NCBI GenBank assembly: GCA_039818205.1
Contig: JBCBUK010000003.1
Location: 224,001 to 288,000, forward strand
DNA: 64,000 nt
Direction: 5' to 3'
Source of the DNA: Verrucomicrobiota bacterium
Lineage (GTDB): Bacteria > Verrucomicrobiota > Verrucomicrobiia > Opitutales > Cerasicoccaceae
This document shows, piece after piece, positions 48,356 through 58,666 of this stretch; within the stretch, counting starts at the first letter, position 1; each line of letters opens with the position of its first letter. Under the pieces are notes generated by a model. It was not told where the DNA came from. It saw only the letters and a program-made list of their open reading frames with translations, and did no database searches. The position numbers were made by a program, and so were the translations under genes.

Positions 48356-49114
48356 ATGGTCTGGATCCCCATTGCATTTGGTGCGGTTGCCTTCCTCTAT
48401 GCGCTGGCTGGTTTTGGCGGTGGCTCGACATACATAGCGCTCCTGGTGATCGCGGGCTTGCCCTTGGCGGTAATCCCCGTGATTTCGCTGACCTGCAATT
48501 TGATCGTCTCAGGTCAGGGAGCTTGTCAGTTGTCTCGGCGGGGGCACATTCAATGGCGGATGCTCGTTCCACTCTTGCTGGGGTCGATGCCCGCCGCCTT
48601 TTTAGGTGGCGCGTGGCAATTGTCGGGCGAGGTATTTCTATGGGTTCTGACTGTGACGCTGACTGCCGCTGGCGTAGCGTTACTTTGGCGTCCGGTCCCG
48701 GAAACGTCGAATCGTCAGAACCGCACCGCAAAATACTCGACCACGCTTCTGCTGGGATCCGTGCTTGGCTTAGTATCGGGTCTGTCAGGGATCGGTGGCG
48801 GCATATTTCTCGCTCCGGTATTGCATTTGTTGCGCTGGGATACAGCTCGCGCGATCAGTTCTGCGGCGGCAGTTTTTATTGCCTTAAATAGTCTCGCGGG
48901 CCTGGTGGGCCAACTCACCAAGGGGCTTGGGCGGCTGGGTGAGGTCCCGGCATTTTTGCTCTGGGCTTGTCCGGTGGCTGTTCTAATTGGTGGTGTCGTT
49001 GGAAGCCACCAGTTAGCTACAAAGTTATCAAGTGATCGTATTCGGCGCGTCACCGCAATTGTGGTTTTGCTGGTTGCGCTGCGCCTATGGTTACGCTTGC
49101 TCGTGGGCAGCTGA
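48356..49114 (+). CDS. TSUP (TauE/SafE) family permease
   Basis: GFGGGSTY, GLSGIGGGIFLAP and about 8 TM segments. Confidence 0.88.
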   Translation: MVWIPIAFGAVAFLYALAGFGGGSTYIALLVIAGLPLAVIPVISLTCNLIVSGQGACQLSRRGHIQWRMLVPLLLGSMPAAFLGGAWQLSGEVFLWVLTVTLTAAGVALLWRPVPETSNRQNRTAKYSTTLLLGSVLGLVSGLSGIGGGIFLAPVLHLLRWDTARAISSAAAVFIALNSLAGLVGQLTKGLGRLGEVPAFLLWACPVAVLIGGVVGSHQLATKLSSDRIRRVTAIVVLLVALRLWLRLLVGS

Positions 49115-49890
49115 TGCGTTGTCCTGCGCTTATGCCAAGCAACGGAACCCGCGGACACCCCCTTTGGCGATTTGACCGCCAACGCCTTCGGTCGACGGAG
49201 GCGCCGGGTATTGTTGGCGTGGATGAAGCGGGTCGTGGGGCTTTGGCTGGCCCGGTGGTAGCCGCGGCGGCCTTTCTCAGTAACTCCGCCTACGAGGAGT
49301 CCTCGTTTCGCCGCCACTCGCGGGCGATCAATGACTCCAAGCAACTTAGTCCAGAGGAGCGGGACGCGCAGTTTGTCTTGATCGAGTCCTGGCGGATAGC
49401 CGGATTGGTTTTGGTCGCTCCCGGAGTGGCCAGTGTGGAAGAGATCGAATCGTTGAATATATTGGGGGCGACACGCTTGGCGATGCAACGGGCTCTTGAA
49501 GCGATTGACGTGGCGCTTTGTCCGGCGGGTGAGGACGCTGTCGATGAGTTAATCGGATCAGAGATGGCGGCAAGCCAGTTTCCGTTGATGTTGGTGGATG
49601 GCAAGCCACTCAAACCCTTTCCTTGGGCGCACACGGGTGTTGTGGGCGGCGACGGCAAAAGCCTTGCGATTGCCATGGCGTCCATTGTGGCGAAGGTCAC
49701 ACGGGATCGCCTTATGGTCGAGCTTCATCAAGAAGATGGGCGCTACGGTTACAACTCCCACAAAGGCTACGGTGCCCCCAAGCATGTGCAGGCAATACAC
49801 GCCCACGGTGCGTCGGTTCATCATCGATCCAAATTCCTGCGGAAATTGATTTCTGACGAACCATCGGCCGAACAGGTTGAATTGTTTTAG
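49114..49890 (+). CDS. rnhB: ribonuclease HII
   Basis: GVDEAGRGALAGPV, DSKQL, ASIVAKVTRD and HKGYG. Start uncertain (49114 or 49132). Confidence 0.94.
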   Translation: MRCPALMPSNGTRGHPLWRFDRQRLRSTEAPGIVGVDEAGRGALAGPVVAAAAFLSNSAYEESSFRRHSRAINDSKQLSPEERDAQFVLIESWRIAGLVLVAPGVASVEEIESLNILGATRLAMQRALEAIDVALCPAGEDAVDELIGSEMAASQFPLMLVDGKPLKPFPWAHTGVVGGDGKSLAIAMASIVAKVTRDRLMVELHQEDGRYGYNSHKGYGAPKHVQAIHAHGASVHHRSKFLRKLISDEPSAEQVELF

Positions 49891-49941
49891 ACTTTGCCTT
49901 CATTGGGGTCCCTGTAGAATCTAACTTTTACCGAAACCCTT

Positions 49942-50706
49942 ATGATCTCCAAAAACATCTTACTTGGCGTCAATATTGACCACAGTGCGACGGTGCGTCA
50001 GGCGCGCTACCGAAGCCATCCTGATGATCGTGGTGGCATGGTGGAGCCTGATCCGGTGGATTTCGCCCTGGCGGCGCAGCGGGCGGGTGCCGACGCGATC
50101 ACTTTGCACTTGCGCGAGGATCGCCGTCACATTGTGGACAGCGATGTCTACCGTATGAAAGACATGATTCAACTGCCGATGAATCTTGAAATGGCTGCGA
50201 CTGAGGAGATGACGCGGATCGCGACCGAGGTGATGCCGGCGGTGGTATTACTGGTTCCAGAGAGTCGCGAAGAGGTAACGACTGAGGGTGGGCTCGACGT
50301 GGTTGCGAATCGAGACCGGGTGGCCAAGGTCATCGAGACAATGCATGAAAAGCAAATCGAGGTCAGTTTGTTTATCGATCCAGACCCTTCGCAAATTGAT
50401 CAAGCGGCAGCCTTGGGTGCCGAGTATGTTGAGCTGCATACGGGCGGTTTTGCTCACGCTTATTACGAAGAAGGCATGCAAGCTGAACTCGATAAGCTCA
50501 AGCACGGGGCAGTGCACGCCCATGAAGCCAATCTAAAGGTCAATGCCGGGCACGGTATCAACTACACCAATATTCGTCATGCCCGGGAAATACCTTGGGT
50601 CTATGAGATGAACATTGGCCACAGCATCATCAGCCGCTCGTTGTTCGTTGGCGTTGATGAAGCGGTTCGTGAAATGAAAGCGAAGATGAATGGAGCGATC
50701 CGTTGA
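49942..50706 (+). CDS. pdxJ: pyridoxine 5'-phosphate synthase
   Basis: LGVNIDH, HLREDRRHI, TTEGGLD, VELHTG and NIGHSII. Confidence 0.97.
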   Translation: MISKNILLGVNIDHSATVRQARYRSHPDDRGGMVEPDPVDFALAAQRAGADAITLHLREDRRHIVDSDVYRMKDMIQLPMNLEMAATEEMTRIATEVMPAVVLLVPESREEVTTEGGLDVVANRDRVAKVIETMHEKQIEVSLFIDPDPSQIDQAAALGAEYVELHTGGFAHAYYEEGMQAELDKLKHGAVHAHEANLKVNAGHGINYTNIRHAREIPWVYEMNIGHSIISRSLFVGVDEAVREMKAKMNGAIR

Positions 50707-51113
50707 TGATCGACCCAAAGACAATTAAAGGGGCCGTTCTAGGAATAGGTTGCGACCTAGTCGAGGTGGACCGAATCCGCTCCATGCACGAGCGGCATGG
50801 TGAACGCTTTATCGAGCGAATCTATACGCCCGTTGAAAGTGACTACTGCCTCGCTTTTAAGAATCCGTATGCGTCGCTGGCGGCCAGATTTGCGGCAAAA
50901 GAGGCCGTCTCTAAAGCGTTTGGAACGGGCATTGGTGCAGAGTTGGGTTGGCTCTCGGTGAGTGTTGTCAAAGATGACGCTGGCGCACCGAGTATCGTGC
51001 TCGATGAGCTTGGGCGAACCTTGCTGGAAAAATTTCATGGAACGGGCGTGCTGATTTCATTGTCGCACACCGCGAACCTTGCCCAAGCCTACGCGATCGT
51101 CGTGGGCGATTAA
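50706..51113 (+). CDS. acpS: holo-ACP synthase
   Basis: GIGCDLVEVDRI, AARFAAKEAVSKAFGTG and ISLSH. Confidence 0.95.
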   Translation: MIDPKTIKGAVLGIGCDLVEVDRIRSMHERHGERFIERIYTPVESDYCLAFKNPYASLAARFAAKEAVSKAFGTGIGAELGWLSVSVVKDDAGAPSIVLDELGRTLLEKFHGTGVLISLSHTANLAQAYAIVVGD

Positions 51114-51126
51114 TCTGTCTCCTGAT

Positions 51127-52677
51127 ATGTTGCAGTATGCCCATCCTATTTTGACCTGTGAGGAATCCGTTGAGCTCGAGAAGTCTCTGCTCAATGGGAA
51201 AGAAGCGGAATGGACCGCGATGAACAAAGCAGGTCGCGGCCTCGGGCGTGCGGTCGTGGATGACTATTGCGAACTTGCGCATCCACAATCTCGTTCCCAC
51301 CGTAAGCCTAAGATTCTTGTTCTCGTGGGCAAGGGACACAATGGTGGCGATGCCTTATTGGCCGCTAATGAGATCACCCGGATCCGGCCGGAAACCGAGG
51401 TGTTCGTCTTGACTCCCTATGAGAAGAAGGAGATGCGGACGTTGACGCGACGAGCCTATGACGCGCTAGAACAAACGGGTAAGTGTCAAACAATTCCGCT
51501 TTTACGGGTGCCGAGTCTGACCTTTGATCTGTGCTTAGATGGGTTACTGGGAATGCAGTTCAAGCCGCCGCTTCGGGACAACGTTATGGACCTCCTGCGC
51601 GTTCTCAATGAGCACCCAAGCATCCGTTGCCGAGTCGCGGTAGATTTGCCCAGCGGTATCGGAGACCCAAACGCTTTTCGAGCCGACTTTACCTACGCCA
51701 CGGGCATTGTGAAGAGTCCAGCGATTGATCCCGACAATGCAAGTGTCGTGGGACGTTTGCGCTATTTAGACATCGGTTTTTTCAGTCAGCTATATAGCGG
51801 ACCTCAGATCGTGGGGGAGGAAGTATTGACGCCGTCGGTATTGGATCACTGGCGGGCGGTTCGCCCCGCCCATTCAGATAAACGCAGTTACGGGCACTTG
51901 TTTATTGTGGCAGGCTCGCGGTCGATGCCGGGCGCTTTGCTAATGAATGCGATGGCCGCATTGCGTAGTGGAGTCGGGCTTGTAACGGCCTTTGCCCCGG
52001 AGTGCGTTGCGGCCCAGTTTGCCGCTCAGCTACCGGAGGTTATGTGGGTGCCGTGGCCGGAAACGCCCGATGGCGGACTCGCTTTGGAAGGGTGGTATTT
52101 ACTGCGTCAGAAGCTGCCTCGCGCGACTGCTTTGCTATGTGGTTCTGGTATTGGCACTGAGCCCGAGACGATTAAGCTGATTGAAGAGATCGTTGCCGAG
52201 GCGCCCGTACCTGTTGTTCTGGATGCAGACGCACTGCAACCCTCGGTGGTTGCCGTTGCCGAACAGCGAAACGGATTGAATGGTGGCGTAATTATCACAC
52301 CCCATGCGGGCGAGTTCATGCGTTTAACCAGTAGCGACAGTGCACGCTACGACCGAGAAGCGTTGGTTTGGCACGCTCATAAAAACGGATTGGTAACCGT
52401 ATTGAAGGGGCCAGTAACGCGCGTGACCGACGGCAAGCTTGTGCATACTTCGACGTTTGGTGGCCCGGTTCTAGCGCGCGGCGGTAGCGGTGATTTACTT
52501 AGCGGTTTGATTGGTGGGCTCCTTGCGCAAATACCGGATCAACCGTTCCGTGCGGCAAGCGCAGGTGTTGTTTGGCACGGCCAGGCGGCGGATTTGCTTG
52601 CCCGCGAGCGCGGTGCGGTTTCGCTTACAACGACCGAGCTGGTAAATTTTTTGTCTCCGGTATTGCGTTTGATGTAG
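51127..52677 (+). CDS. nnr: bifunctional NAD(P)H-hydrate epimerase/dehydratase
   Basis: YjeF-N motifs GKGHNGGD and VDLPSG; YjeF-C motifs ITPHAGEF and GGSGDLL. Confidence 0.93.
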   Translation: MLQYAHPILTCEESVELEKSLLNGKEAEWTAMNKAGRGLGRAVVDDYCELAHPQSRSHRKPKILVLVGKGHNGGDALLAANEITRIRPETEVFVLTPYEKKEMRTLTRRAYDALEQTGKCQTIPLLRVPSLTFDLCLDGLLGMQFKPPLRDNVMDLLRVLNEHPSIRCRVAVDLPSGIGDPNAFRADFTYATGIVKSPAIDPDNASVVGRLRYLDIGFFSQLYSGPQIVGEEVLTPSVLDHWRAVRPAHSDKRSYGHLFIVAGSRSMPGALLMNAMAALRSGVGLVTAFAPECVAAQFAAQLPEVMWVPWPETPDGGLALEGWYLLRQKLPRATALLCGSGIGTEPETIKLIEEIVAEAPVPVVLDADALQPSVVAVAEQRNGLNGGVIITPHAGEFMRLTSSDSARYDREALVWHAHKNGLVTVLKGPVTRVTDGKLVHTSTFGGPVLARGGSGDLLSGLIGGLLAQIPDQPFRAASAGVVWHGQAADLLARERGAVSLTTTELVNFLSPVLRLM

Positions 52678-52702
52678 CTTAATAATTGTATCCATTAAAA
52701 AT

Positions 52703-53113
52703 ATGAAAAATTACAATGCATGCGGGCTGGTCGCCATCCTGTTTATCGTTTTTAGCTTTTTCGTTTCGGCGTGTACCCATCAAGACCCGGGCGCCTTACC
52801 TGAGAAGGGCTATTATATTTTGTTCCAGTTGGATGGAGAGCGGCCTGATGTCGAATCGCCAGTTGAGCTTACCTTGGAGTCGGGGCGGTTTTCGGGAGTT
52901 GGTCCGGTAAATCGTTGGCAAGCGCCGATTAATGGGAACCGAGTTGGTCAGATTGCTCTGACCCGTATGATGGGACCGCCAGCTCAGATGTCCGTTGAGG
53001 ATCGCTTGATGAGTGCCCTGGAGGGAGCAACCGTCCAGTTGGGCTCTGATGGGCAGCTTGAGTTTGTACAAGGAGACGTTGTCCGGGCCGTATTCTTACC
53101 AAAGTCGAAATAG
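52703..53113 (+). CDS. META/HslJ-domain lipoprotein
   Basis: Lipobox VSAC and FSGVGPVNR...IALTRMMGP. Confidence 0.75.
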   Translation: MKNYNACGLVAILFIVFSFFVSACTHQDPGALPEKGYYILFQLDGERPDVESPVELTLESGRFSGVGPVNRWQAPINGNRVGQIALTRMMGPPAQMSVEDRLMSALEGATVQLGSDGQLEFVQGDVVRAVFLPKSK

Positions 53114-53117
53114 GCGA

Positions 53118-54266
53118 ATGAGTTCTGCTGCCACCTTAACGAAGACTCAAGCGTTGCTTGTCCTCAATGGTCTACCTCGATTGGGGCCAGTGACCTTGAG
53201 GCGGTTGCTCGATGAGTTCGGCGAAGACCCTCATCAGGTCCTTGGGGCAAGTCGCTCAGCGCTTCGGCAGGTTGAACGAGTTGGACCCGACACCGCTGAT
53301 ATAATTGTTAACTGGCAGCAGCATTTTGATTTGGCCCGGGAGGAAGCACGCTTGGCAAAGGCCGGTGCAGCCTTTGTGGCGTTGACCGATGATGACTATC
53401 CGAAGCCGTTGAAGAAGATTTATGATCCACCTCTAGGTTTGTATATGGTCGGTCCGCTCAGGCCAGCGATTAAGTCGATCGCAATCATTGGGAGTCGGCG
53501 AACGACCCTGTATGGGCGGAGCGTTGCGAAACGTTTAGCCTCAGACCTCACGCGTCTCGGCTTTTGCGTGGTGAGTGGCTTGGCGCGCGGAATTGATACG
53601 GAGGCCCATCAAGGTGCGGTGGAGAGTGGTGGTGATACTGCGGCGGTCTTAGGTTGCGGGGTGGACATTGTTTATCCACCCGAGAACATCGATCTCTATA
53701 AAGCAATTGGTGAGCGTGGTGTGGTGATTAGCGAGCTGCCCTTTGGGACGCGGGCAAGTAAGACAACCTTTCCCATGCGCAACCGTTTGATCGCAGGTAT
53801 GTCGGCGGCCACAGTGGTGGTCGAGTCGGGTTTGTCTGGCGGGAGTATGATCACGGCGAGATTCGCGGCGGAACAGAACCGCCCGGTTTTCGCGGTGCCC
53901 GGGCGGATCGACCAAGATTCCTCAGCAGGTTGCCATCAGTTAATTCGCGATGGCGCGGTCTTGTTGACTTCTGTGGATGACTTGATCAATGAGTTGGCCT
54001 ATGGCGGGGCAAGTCAGCAGGAGCTCGACTTGCCCGAAAGTGCGACGGAGGCCAGCCGTGAGCGAAAGTCGGGCAGCTTAGAAGGTTTGTCGGAGGAGGA
54101 GCGGTTGGTGTTGACGCCGCTATTGGAAGGAGAGGCCCTGGGGCGGGATTCATTGGCTGAAAAGACAGGCTTGCCCGTTGCCGTTGTTTCGTCGACTTTG
54201 TTGATGCTTGAGCTAAAGCGTCGAGTCGGCAAACGCGTTGACGGCGCCTACGAATTCCGAACCTGA
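53118..54266 (+). CDS. dprA: DNA-processing protein DprA
   Basis: IYDPP, AIIGSR, VSGLARGID, FPMRNRLI and FAVPGRID. Confidence 0.95.
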   Translation: MSSAATLTKTQALLVLNGLPRLGPVTLRRLLDEFGEDPHQVLGASRSALRQVERVGPDTADIIVNWQQHFDLAREEARLAKAGAAFVALTDDDYPKPLKKIYDPPLGLYMVGPLRPAIKSIAIIGSRRTTLYGRSVAKRLASDLTRLGFCVVSGLARGIDTEAHQGAVESGGDTAAVLGCGVDIVYPPENIDLYKAIGERGVVISELPFGTRASKTTFPMRNRLIAGMSAATVVVESGLSGGSMITARFAAEQNRPVFAVPGRIDQDSSAGCHQLIRDGAVLLTSVDDLINELAYGGASQQELDLPESATEASRERKSGSLEGLSEEERLVLTPLLEGEALGRDSLAEKTGLPVAVVSSTLLMLELKRRVGKRVDGAYEFRT

Positions 54267-54267
54267 A

Positions 54268-55188
54268 GTGACACGCATTCTCATCATCAAACCCTCATCC
54301 TTGGGGGACATTATCCATGGCCTGTTGGTGACGGAATCAATTCGTCAGCAGATGGATGGTGTCGAAATTGATTGGGTTGCCCGCGATATTTTTGCGCCGC
54401 TGGTCGATGCCTGTGATACCGTTAAACACGTGCATTTGTTTCATCGTGGCGCCGGTTTCGGTGCCTATGGCCAATTGATTCAGGACATCCGGGATGTGTC
54501 CTACGATTGGGTTTTGGATATGCAGGGTCTCGCGCGGAGCGGCATCATTACCCAGTTTTCGAAGACTCAGCGCTCACGCTGTGTCGGGCGCCGCGATGCC
54601 CGCGAAGCGAGCCAGCTCGCTTATGGAAAACTAATCGACATGCCTTGCGGTCGTGAACCGCATGCCGTCGATATTCTGCGGGAGTTTTTGCCGGCTCTGG
54701 GTCTGCAGAATGAACTGAAAGGCTTTCTGACCTTTTCCGCCGTGGAGTCATCATCAGAGCTTCCAGACGAGTATGTATTGATCTTTCCCGGCAGCCGACG
54801 GGCTGAGAAAGAGTGGCACGGCTTTTTCGAACTTTCCCGCCAATTGATCAAAGATGGCCGGATAGTGGTGTGGGCCGGTGATGTTTCGTTTGCCGGTGAT
54901 AGCGAGTGGCCAAAAGATCGCTTTCACAATCTAACGGCTAAGACCGAGCTCGCATCCTTGCCGTCAATTGTCGCTCGTGCTCAAGTCGTAATTTGCAACG
55001 ACAGTGGACCAATGCACCTCGCGGCTGCAATGGGCAAACCCGTGTTGGGAATTTTTGGACCAACCTCAGCGAATCGCTTTGGGCCTTATCCGCTAGACGC
55101 GCCAACAAATCACGTCATCACCGCTCCTCATGGAAAGTTGGAGCGGTTGACGGTGGAAAGCGTTCACGCAGCTGTTAAGCCGCTATAA
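54268..55188 (+). CDS. glycosyltransferase family 9 (LPS heptosyltransferase-like)
   Basis: ILIIKPSSLGDIIH, DMQGL and NDSGPMHLAAA...FGPT. Confidence 0.92.
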   Translation: MTRILIIKPSSLGDIIHGLLVTESIRQQMDGVEIDWVARDIFAPLVDACDTVKHVHLFHRGAGFGAYGQLIQDIRDVSYDWVLDMQGLARSGIITQFSKTQRSRCVGRRDAREASQLAYGKLIDMPCGREPHAVDILREFLPALGLQNELKGFLTFSAVESSSELPDEYVLIFPGSRRAEKEWHGFFELSRQLIKDGRIVVWAGDVSFAGDSEWPKDRFHNLTAKTELASLPSIVARAQVVICNDSGPMHLAAAMGKPVLGIFGPTSANRFGPYPLDAPTNHVITAPHGKLERLTVESVHAAVKPL

Positions 55189-55194
55189 TAGCTG

Positions 55195-56295
55195 CTACCA
55201 AATGCCGTGTTCGCCCTTCTTGAGGCTTTCGGTAAAGGCCACGAGTAGTTGGACACAGTTTTCAATGTCCTGCAAATCGACGACTTCGCTGGGCGTGTGC
55301 ATGTAGCGAAGGGGAATGGAAACCACCGAAGCGGCGACCCCGTCGCGGGCCATTTGAATTGCCCGGGCATCGGTGCCGGTTGGACGCGGTTCGGATTCAA
55401 CCTGGTAAGGAATGTCGTTCTTCTCGGCGACTTCCACCAAACGCTCGAAGACAAAGGGGTTGATGTTCGGACCCCGACCAATGATCGGACCTGAGCCTTG
55501 CTTCTGTAAACCGTGCTTGCGTGGATCGCAGTCTGGGTGGTCAGTTGCGTGGCCGACATCGACCGCGATACCAATGTGCGGATTTACCTTGTAAGCGGAA
55601 GTGATTGCGCCCCGCGTGCCAATTTCTTCCTGAGTCGTAGAAACGGCGACGAGCTTTGCCGCGAGTTTCTTCTTGGACTTGGCTAGGCGGCGCAAGACTT
55701 CATTGACCACATAGCAGCCTGCTTTGTCGTCAAAGGCGCGCGCGGTTCCCTTGGTGCCATAGATTAGCTCGAAGCCCATATCGTAGACTGCCGGGTCACC
55801 AATCGAAACGCGCTCAAGTGCTTCTTCGCGGGTGCTCGCACCAATATCGATCCACATGTCGTGGAACTCGGGCACCTTGTTGCGGTCCTCTGGAGTCATC
55901 AGGTGAACGGCACGTTTACCCGTTACTCCCTTAATGTCGCCTTTCTCGGTGAGAATGGTGACACGTCGGCCAGAGATCATGATACGGTCGTGTCCGCCCA
56001 AGGTATCGAAGTAAATAAAGCCCTTGTCATCAACGTATTTGACCATGAAGCCAAGCTCATCCATGTGGCCTGCGAGCATTACCACAGGATCACCGGATTC
56101 GTTAATCGTCGAATATCGGTTGCCCAACGCATCTTTCTCAAACGTGTCGGCCACTGGTTTGACATGCTTATCGATAACGGCCTGTGCCTCTTGTTCGTAA
56201 CCCGTGGGCGATCGCGCCTCCAATAGGTCGACTAAAAATTCCGGTGGGGTGTAAGTGCTACTTTTCTTGGCAGGTTTGGACTTCTTTTTTGGCAT
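55195..56295 (-). CDS. M42 family metallopeptidase
   Basis: GHMDELG, AFDDKAG, TQEEIG, GTDA and RYMHTPSE. Confidence 0.93.
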   Translation of the reverse strand: MPKKKSKPAKKSSTYTPPEFLVDLLEARSPTGYEQEAQAVIDKHVKPVADTFEKDALGNRYSTINESGDPVVMLAGHMDELGFMVKYVDDKGFIYFDTLGGHDRIMISGRRVTILTEKGDIKGVTGKRAVHLMTPEDRNKVPEFHDMWIDIGASTREEALERVSIGDPAVYDMGFELIYGTKGTARAFDDKAGCYVVNEVLRRLAKSKKKLAAKLVAVSTTQEEIGTRGAITSAYKVNPHIGIAVDVGHATDHPDCDPRKHGLQKQGSGPIIGRGPNINPFVFERLVEVAEKNDIPYQVESEPRPTGTDARAIQMARDGVAASVVSIPLRYMHTPSEVVDLQDIENCVQLLVAFTESLKKGEHGIW

Positions 56296-56425
56296 AATCG
56301 TTTAGTATTAGTTATATAGGAAGGTCCGCAACTCGAATCTATTCCGGATGTTTAGGGCGAAGGCCTGGGAATTTTTCTACGCGGAAAAGGTTGAGCTACC
56401 GGGCGTTTCTCTCAATGATCATACC

Positions 56426-57169
56426 ATGATAATTCTTCCCGCAATTGACATTAAGAACGGGCATTGTGTTCGCTTGCTGCAAGGCTTGGAAGATCAGGTA
56501 ACCGAGTATTTCGAAGACCCGATCGACCCGGCTAAGGAATTCCTGGCGGTAGGCTCGGAATGGGTTCACGTGGTGGACCTCGACGGTGCGTTTTCTGGGT
56601 CGCCTAAAAATTTTGATGCAGTCCAAAAAATTGCGGATCTAGGTTTGAAAGTCGAGTTCGGCGGCGGCATTCGCGAGTTGGATGACATTCGCAGGGTGAT
56701 CGCGAGCGGTGTGTCCCGTGTCGTTGTCGGAACTAAGGCATGCGAAAGCCTCGACTTCGTGAAAGCGATGGCCGAAGAATTCGGACCCAAGGTTGCCGTT
56801 GGTATCGATGCTCGGGCGGGTAAGGTTGCCGTGCATGGCTGGGTTGATGTCACCGACGTCCCAGCGATTGGCTTGGCCCAGCAGGTGGCAGCCGCTGGTA
56901 TTCAAACGATCATTTACACCGACATCACCACAGACGGAATGATGCGTGGGCCAAATTTCGAGGGCATGAAGGAGATGTGGTCGGCCGTCGATTGTGACGT
57001 CATTGCCTCCGGCGGAGTCTCCGATATCCATGACGTCATCCATTACAGCAACCTCGCTCAGCGTTATCCAAATTGCTCCGGGGTGATCATCGGTAAAGCC
57101 ATTTACGAGAAGGCAATCGATCTGAAAGAAGCCTTGGCGGTCGCCGCGGGTCAGAAAACCGAAAGCTAG
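56426..57169 (+). CDS. hisA: ProFAR isomerase
   Basis: ILPAIDIKNGHCVRL, HVVDLDGA, GGGIR, YTDI.DG and IASGG. Confidence 0.96.
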   Translation: MIILPAIDIKNGHCVRLLQGLEDQVTEYFEDPIDPAKEFLAVGSEWVHVVDLDGAFSGSPKNFDAVQKIADLGLKVEFGGGIRELDDIRRVIASGVSRVVVGTKACESLDFVKAMAEEFGPKVAVGIDARAGKVAVHGWVDVTDVPAIGLAQQVAAAGIQTIIYTDITTDGMMRGPNFEGMKEMWSAVDCDVIASGGVSDIHDVIHYSNLAQRYPNCSGVIIGKAIYEKAIDLKEALAVAAGQKTES

Positions 57170-57756
57170 TAGGCCTCCAATTCACGTCGGATATTCTGCT
57201 GCGCCATCGTTTCCAGATCCTTTCGAAACGATGGTGTGTGGTAAATAAATTCGCGGTCTAAGAAGGACCGTAGTACGTTGCCGCGTCCTTTGCGATAGGC
57301 ACTATTTTCCACCCAGTGGTATTCTTCGCGAATCGCTTTCGCGTAGAGGTCGTATCGGTCAGAATCACTGCCAAGGATGCTCAGATCAATATCGACGATC
57401 AATGCGCCATCGCATTGGTCGATCGGCTGATGATGCTTGGTCGATAGGATTAGCGCTCGCACCTTTTCGGTGCAGGGCTGGCCGTCCAGGAAATTGCACG
57501 CCCAATCTGCGCTGCGTTCTTCATTATCATTGGCGCGCGTATCGTAGACGACATCATGGAACCAAAATGCGAACTCCACGGAAACCACATCTTCAAACGC
57601 GTCACCATGCCGGTCCAGCTGCGTCAGGCAATCCGCGATATGGTCCAAGTTGTGATAGGCGCGCCCCGGCTCACGATACGCTTGGGTAATGCGTTCCCAT
57701 TCTCGACCGCCCTCGACCCCGATCGTCTCACATAGCTTCTGCCATCGCGCCTCCAT
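57166..57756 (-). CDS. HD-superfamily metal-dependent phosphohydrolase-like protein
   Basis: RAYHNLDH, WFHDVVYD, NEERSA, DIDLSILG and IREEY. Start at ATG 57756. Confidence 0.85.
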   Translation of the reverse strand: MEARWQKLCETIGVEGGREWERITQAYREPGRAYHNLDHIADCLTQLDRHGDAFEDVVSVEFAFWFHDVVYDTRANDNEERSADWACNFLDGQPCTEKVRALILSTKHHQPIDQCDGALIVDIDLSILGSDSDRYDLYAKAIREEYHWVENSAYRKGRGNVLRSFLDREFIYHTPSFRKDLETMAQQNIRRELEAY

Positions 57757-57785
57757 TGGGTATAGGCAGCATGAAAATCTGTCGC

Positions 57786-58565
57786 TTACTTGAAGACTCT
57801 CCGCTTTATTCCGTGGTAGATACGGGGCAGGAGTTTCGGCTGATGAGCGTTGGGATTCGGCTGTTCTTTTCTGTAGATCACCTGATACGTCTTCTGGTCC
57901 GTTTTGGCCTTCTGCGCCATCGCCCAATCGGTTTTCTCCATCACCACGAAGTTACTGTAGTTCGGGTGCTGTTTGACTAAATACTCGAAGACTTCCGTGA
58001 TCTGAGGCGTTACTCGTTCCTCATCTGAAAGGGAACGGTGGGTGATGCCGTCGGTTGATTCCCGCTTCTGGTCGGCCTTGGAATAGGTCCAATGATAGTC
58101 GTCAAAGATGATCCAGGCATCTTGCTTGAGCAGCTTATCAACCATGAAGAATGCCGCGCCGTCTATCGTCCAGTTCTTGGGCCCGTCGATGATGCACAGA
58201 TCATAGACTTCTTGGCAGATATCGTCCTTAGTCTGCTTGACGATTTCGTTGTGGAGAAACCAGTTGTAGCCGGTGTGCATCCGCACGACTTCGGCATATT
58301 TGGATAGCCCGGTGGACTCCAGTTGCTCTTCGGCCGAGGGTTTGAAGCTGTCCTTAACGCTAAGCAGATCGACGGCGGTAATCTTGCCCCCGCCCAGCTC
58401 CTCAATCGCCGCTGCCATGTAGCAGGTGGCAGTGCCGTGCGCGATTCCAAGTTCGAGAATGTTGGTGGCCTTTTCTTTGATGATCAGATCATAAAGAATG
58501 CGTGCGTTCTGTTCCGTAATGAACGGTACGTGGCCAACCTTGGCATGAATTTCATCAAACGTCAT
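57786..58565 (-). CDS. class I SAM-dependent methyltransferase
   Basis: ILELGIAHG motif I, YDLCIIDG and WIIFDDY. Confidence 0.85.
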   Translation of the reverse strand: MTFDEIHAKVGHVPFITEQNARILYDLIIKEKATNILELGIAHGTATCYMAAAIEELGGGKITAVDLLSVKDSFKPSAEEQLESTGLSKYAEVVRMHTGYNWFLHNEIVKQTKDDICQEVYDLCIIDGPKNWTIDGAAFFMVDKLLKQDAWIIFDDYHWTYSKADQKRESTDGITHRSLSDEERVTPQITEVFEYLVKQHPNYSNFVVMEKTDWAMAQKAKTDQKTYQVIYRKEQPNPNAHQPKLLPRIYHGIKRRVFK

Positions 58566-58666
58566 CGTAGCTTGGGTAGTCGTTGTCGATAGCAGTTTCC
58601 GCCTCAACGCAATCGAATTTGAATTGCTTGTCGAGTGTTATTCCTCGGGAGCGAACCGCGGTGTTA

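Noticed and set aside
48715..49488. 257-aa antisense ORF (and similar shadows over pnp, tal, nrdD and uvrA)
   Set aside because: It overlaps well-supported genes and has no domain signal.
55195..56295. M42 peptidase as the RiPP maturation protease
   Set aside because: It is about 25 kb away in a housekeeping context, and nothing in the sequence links it to the RiPP locus.
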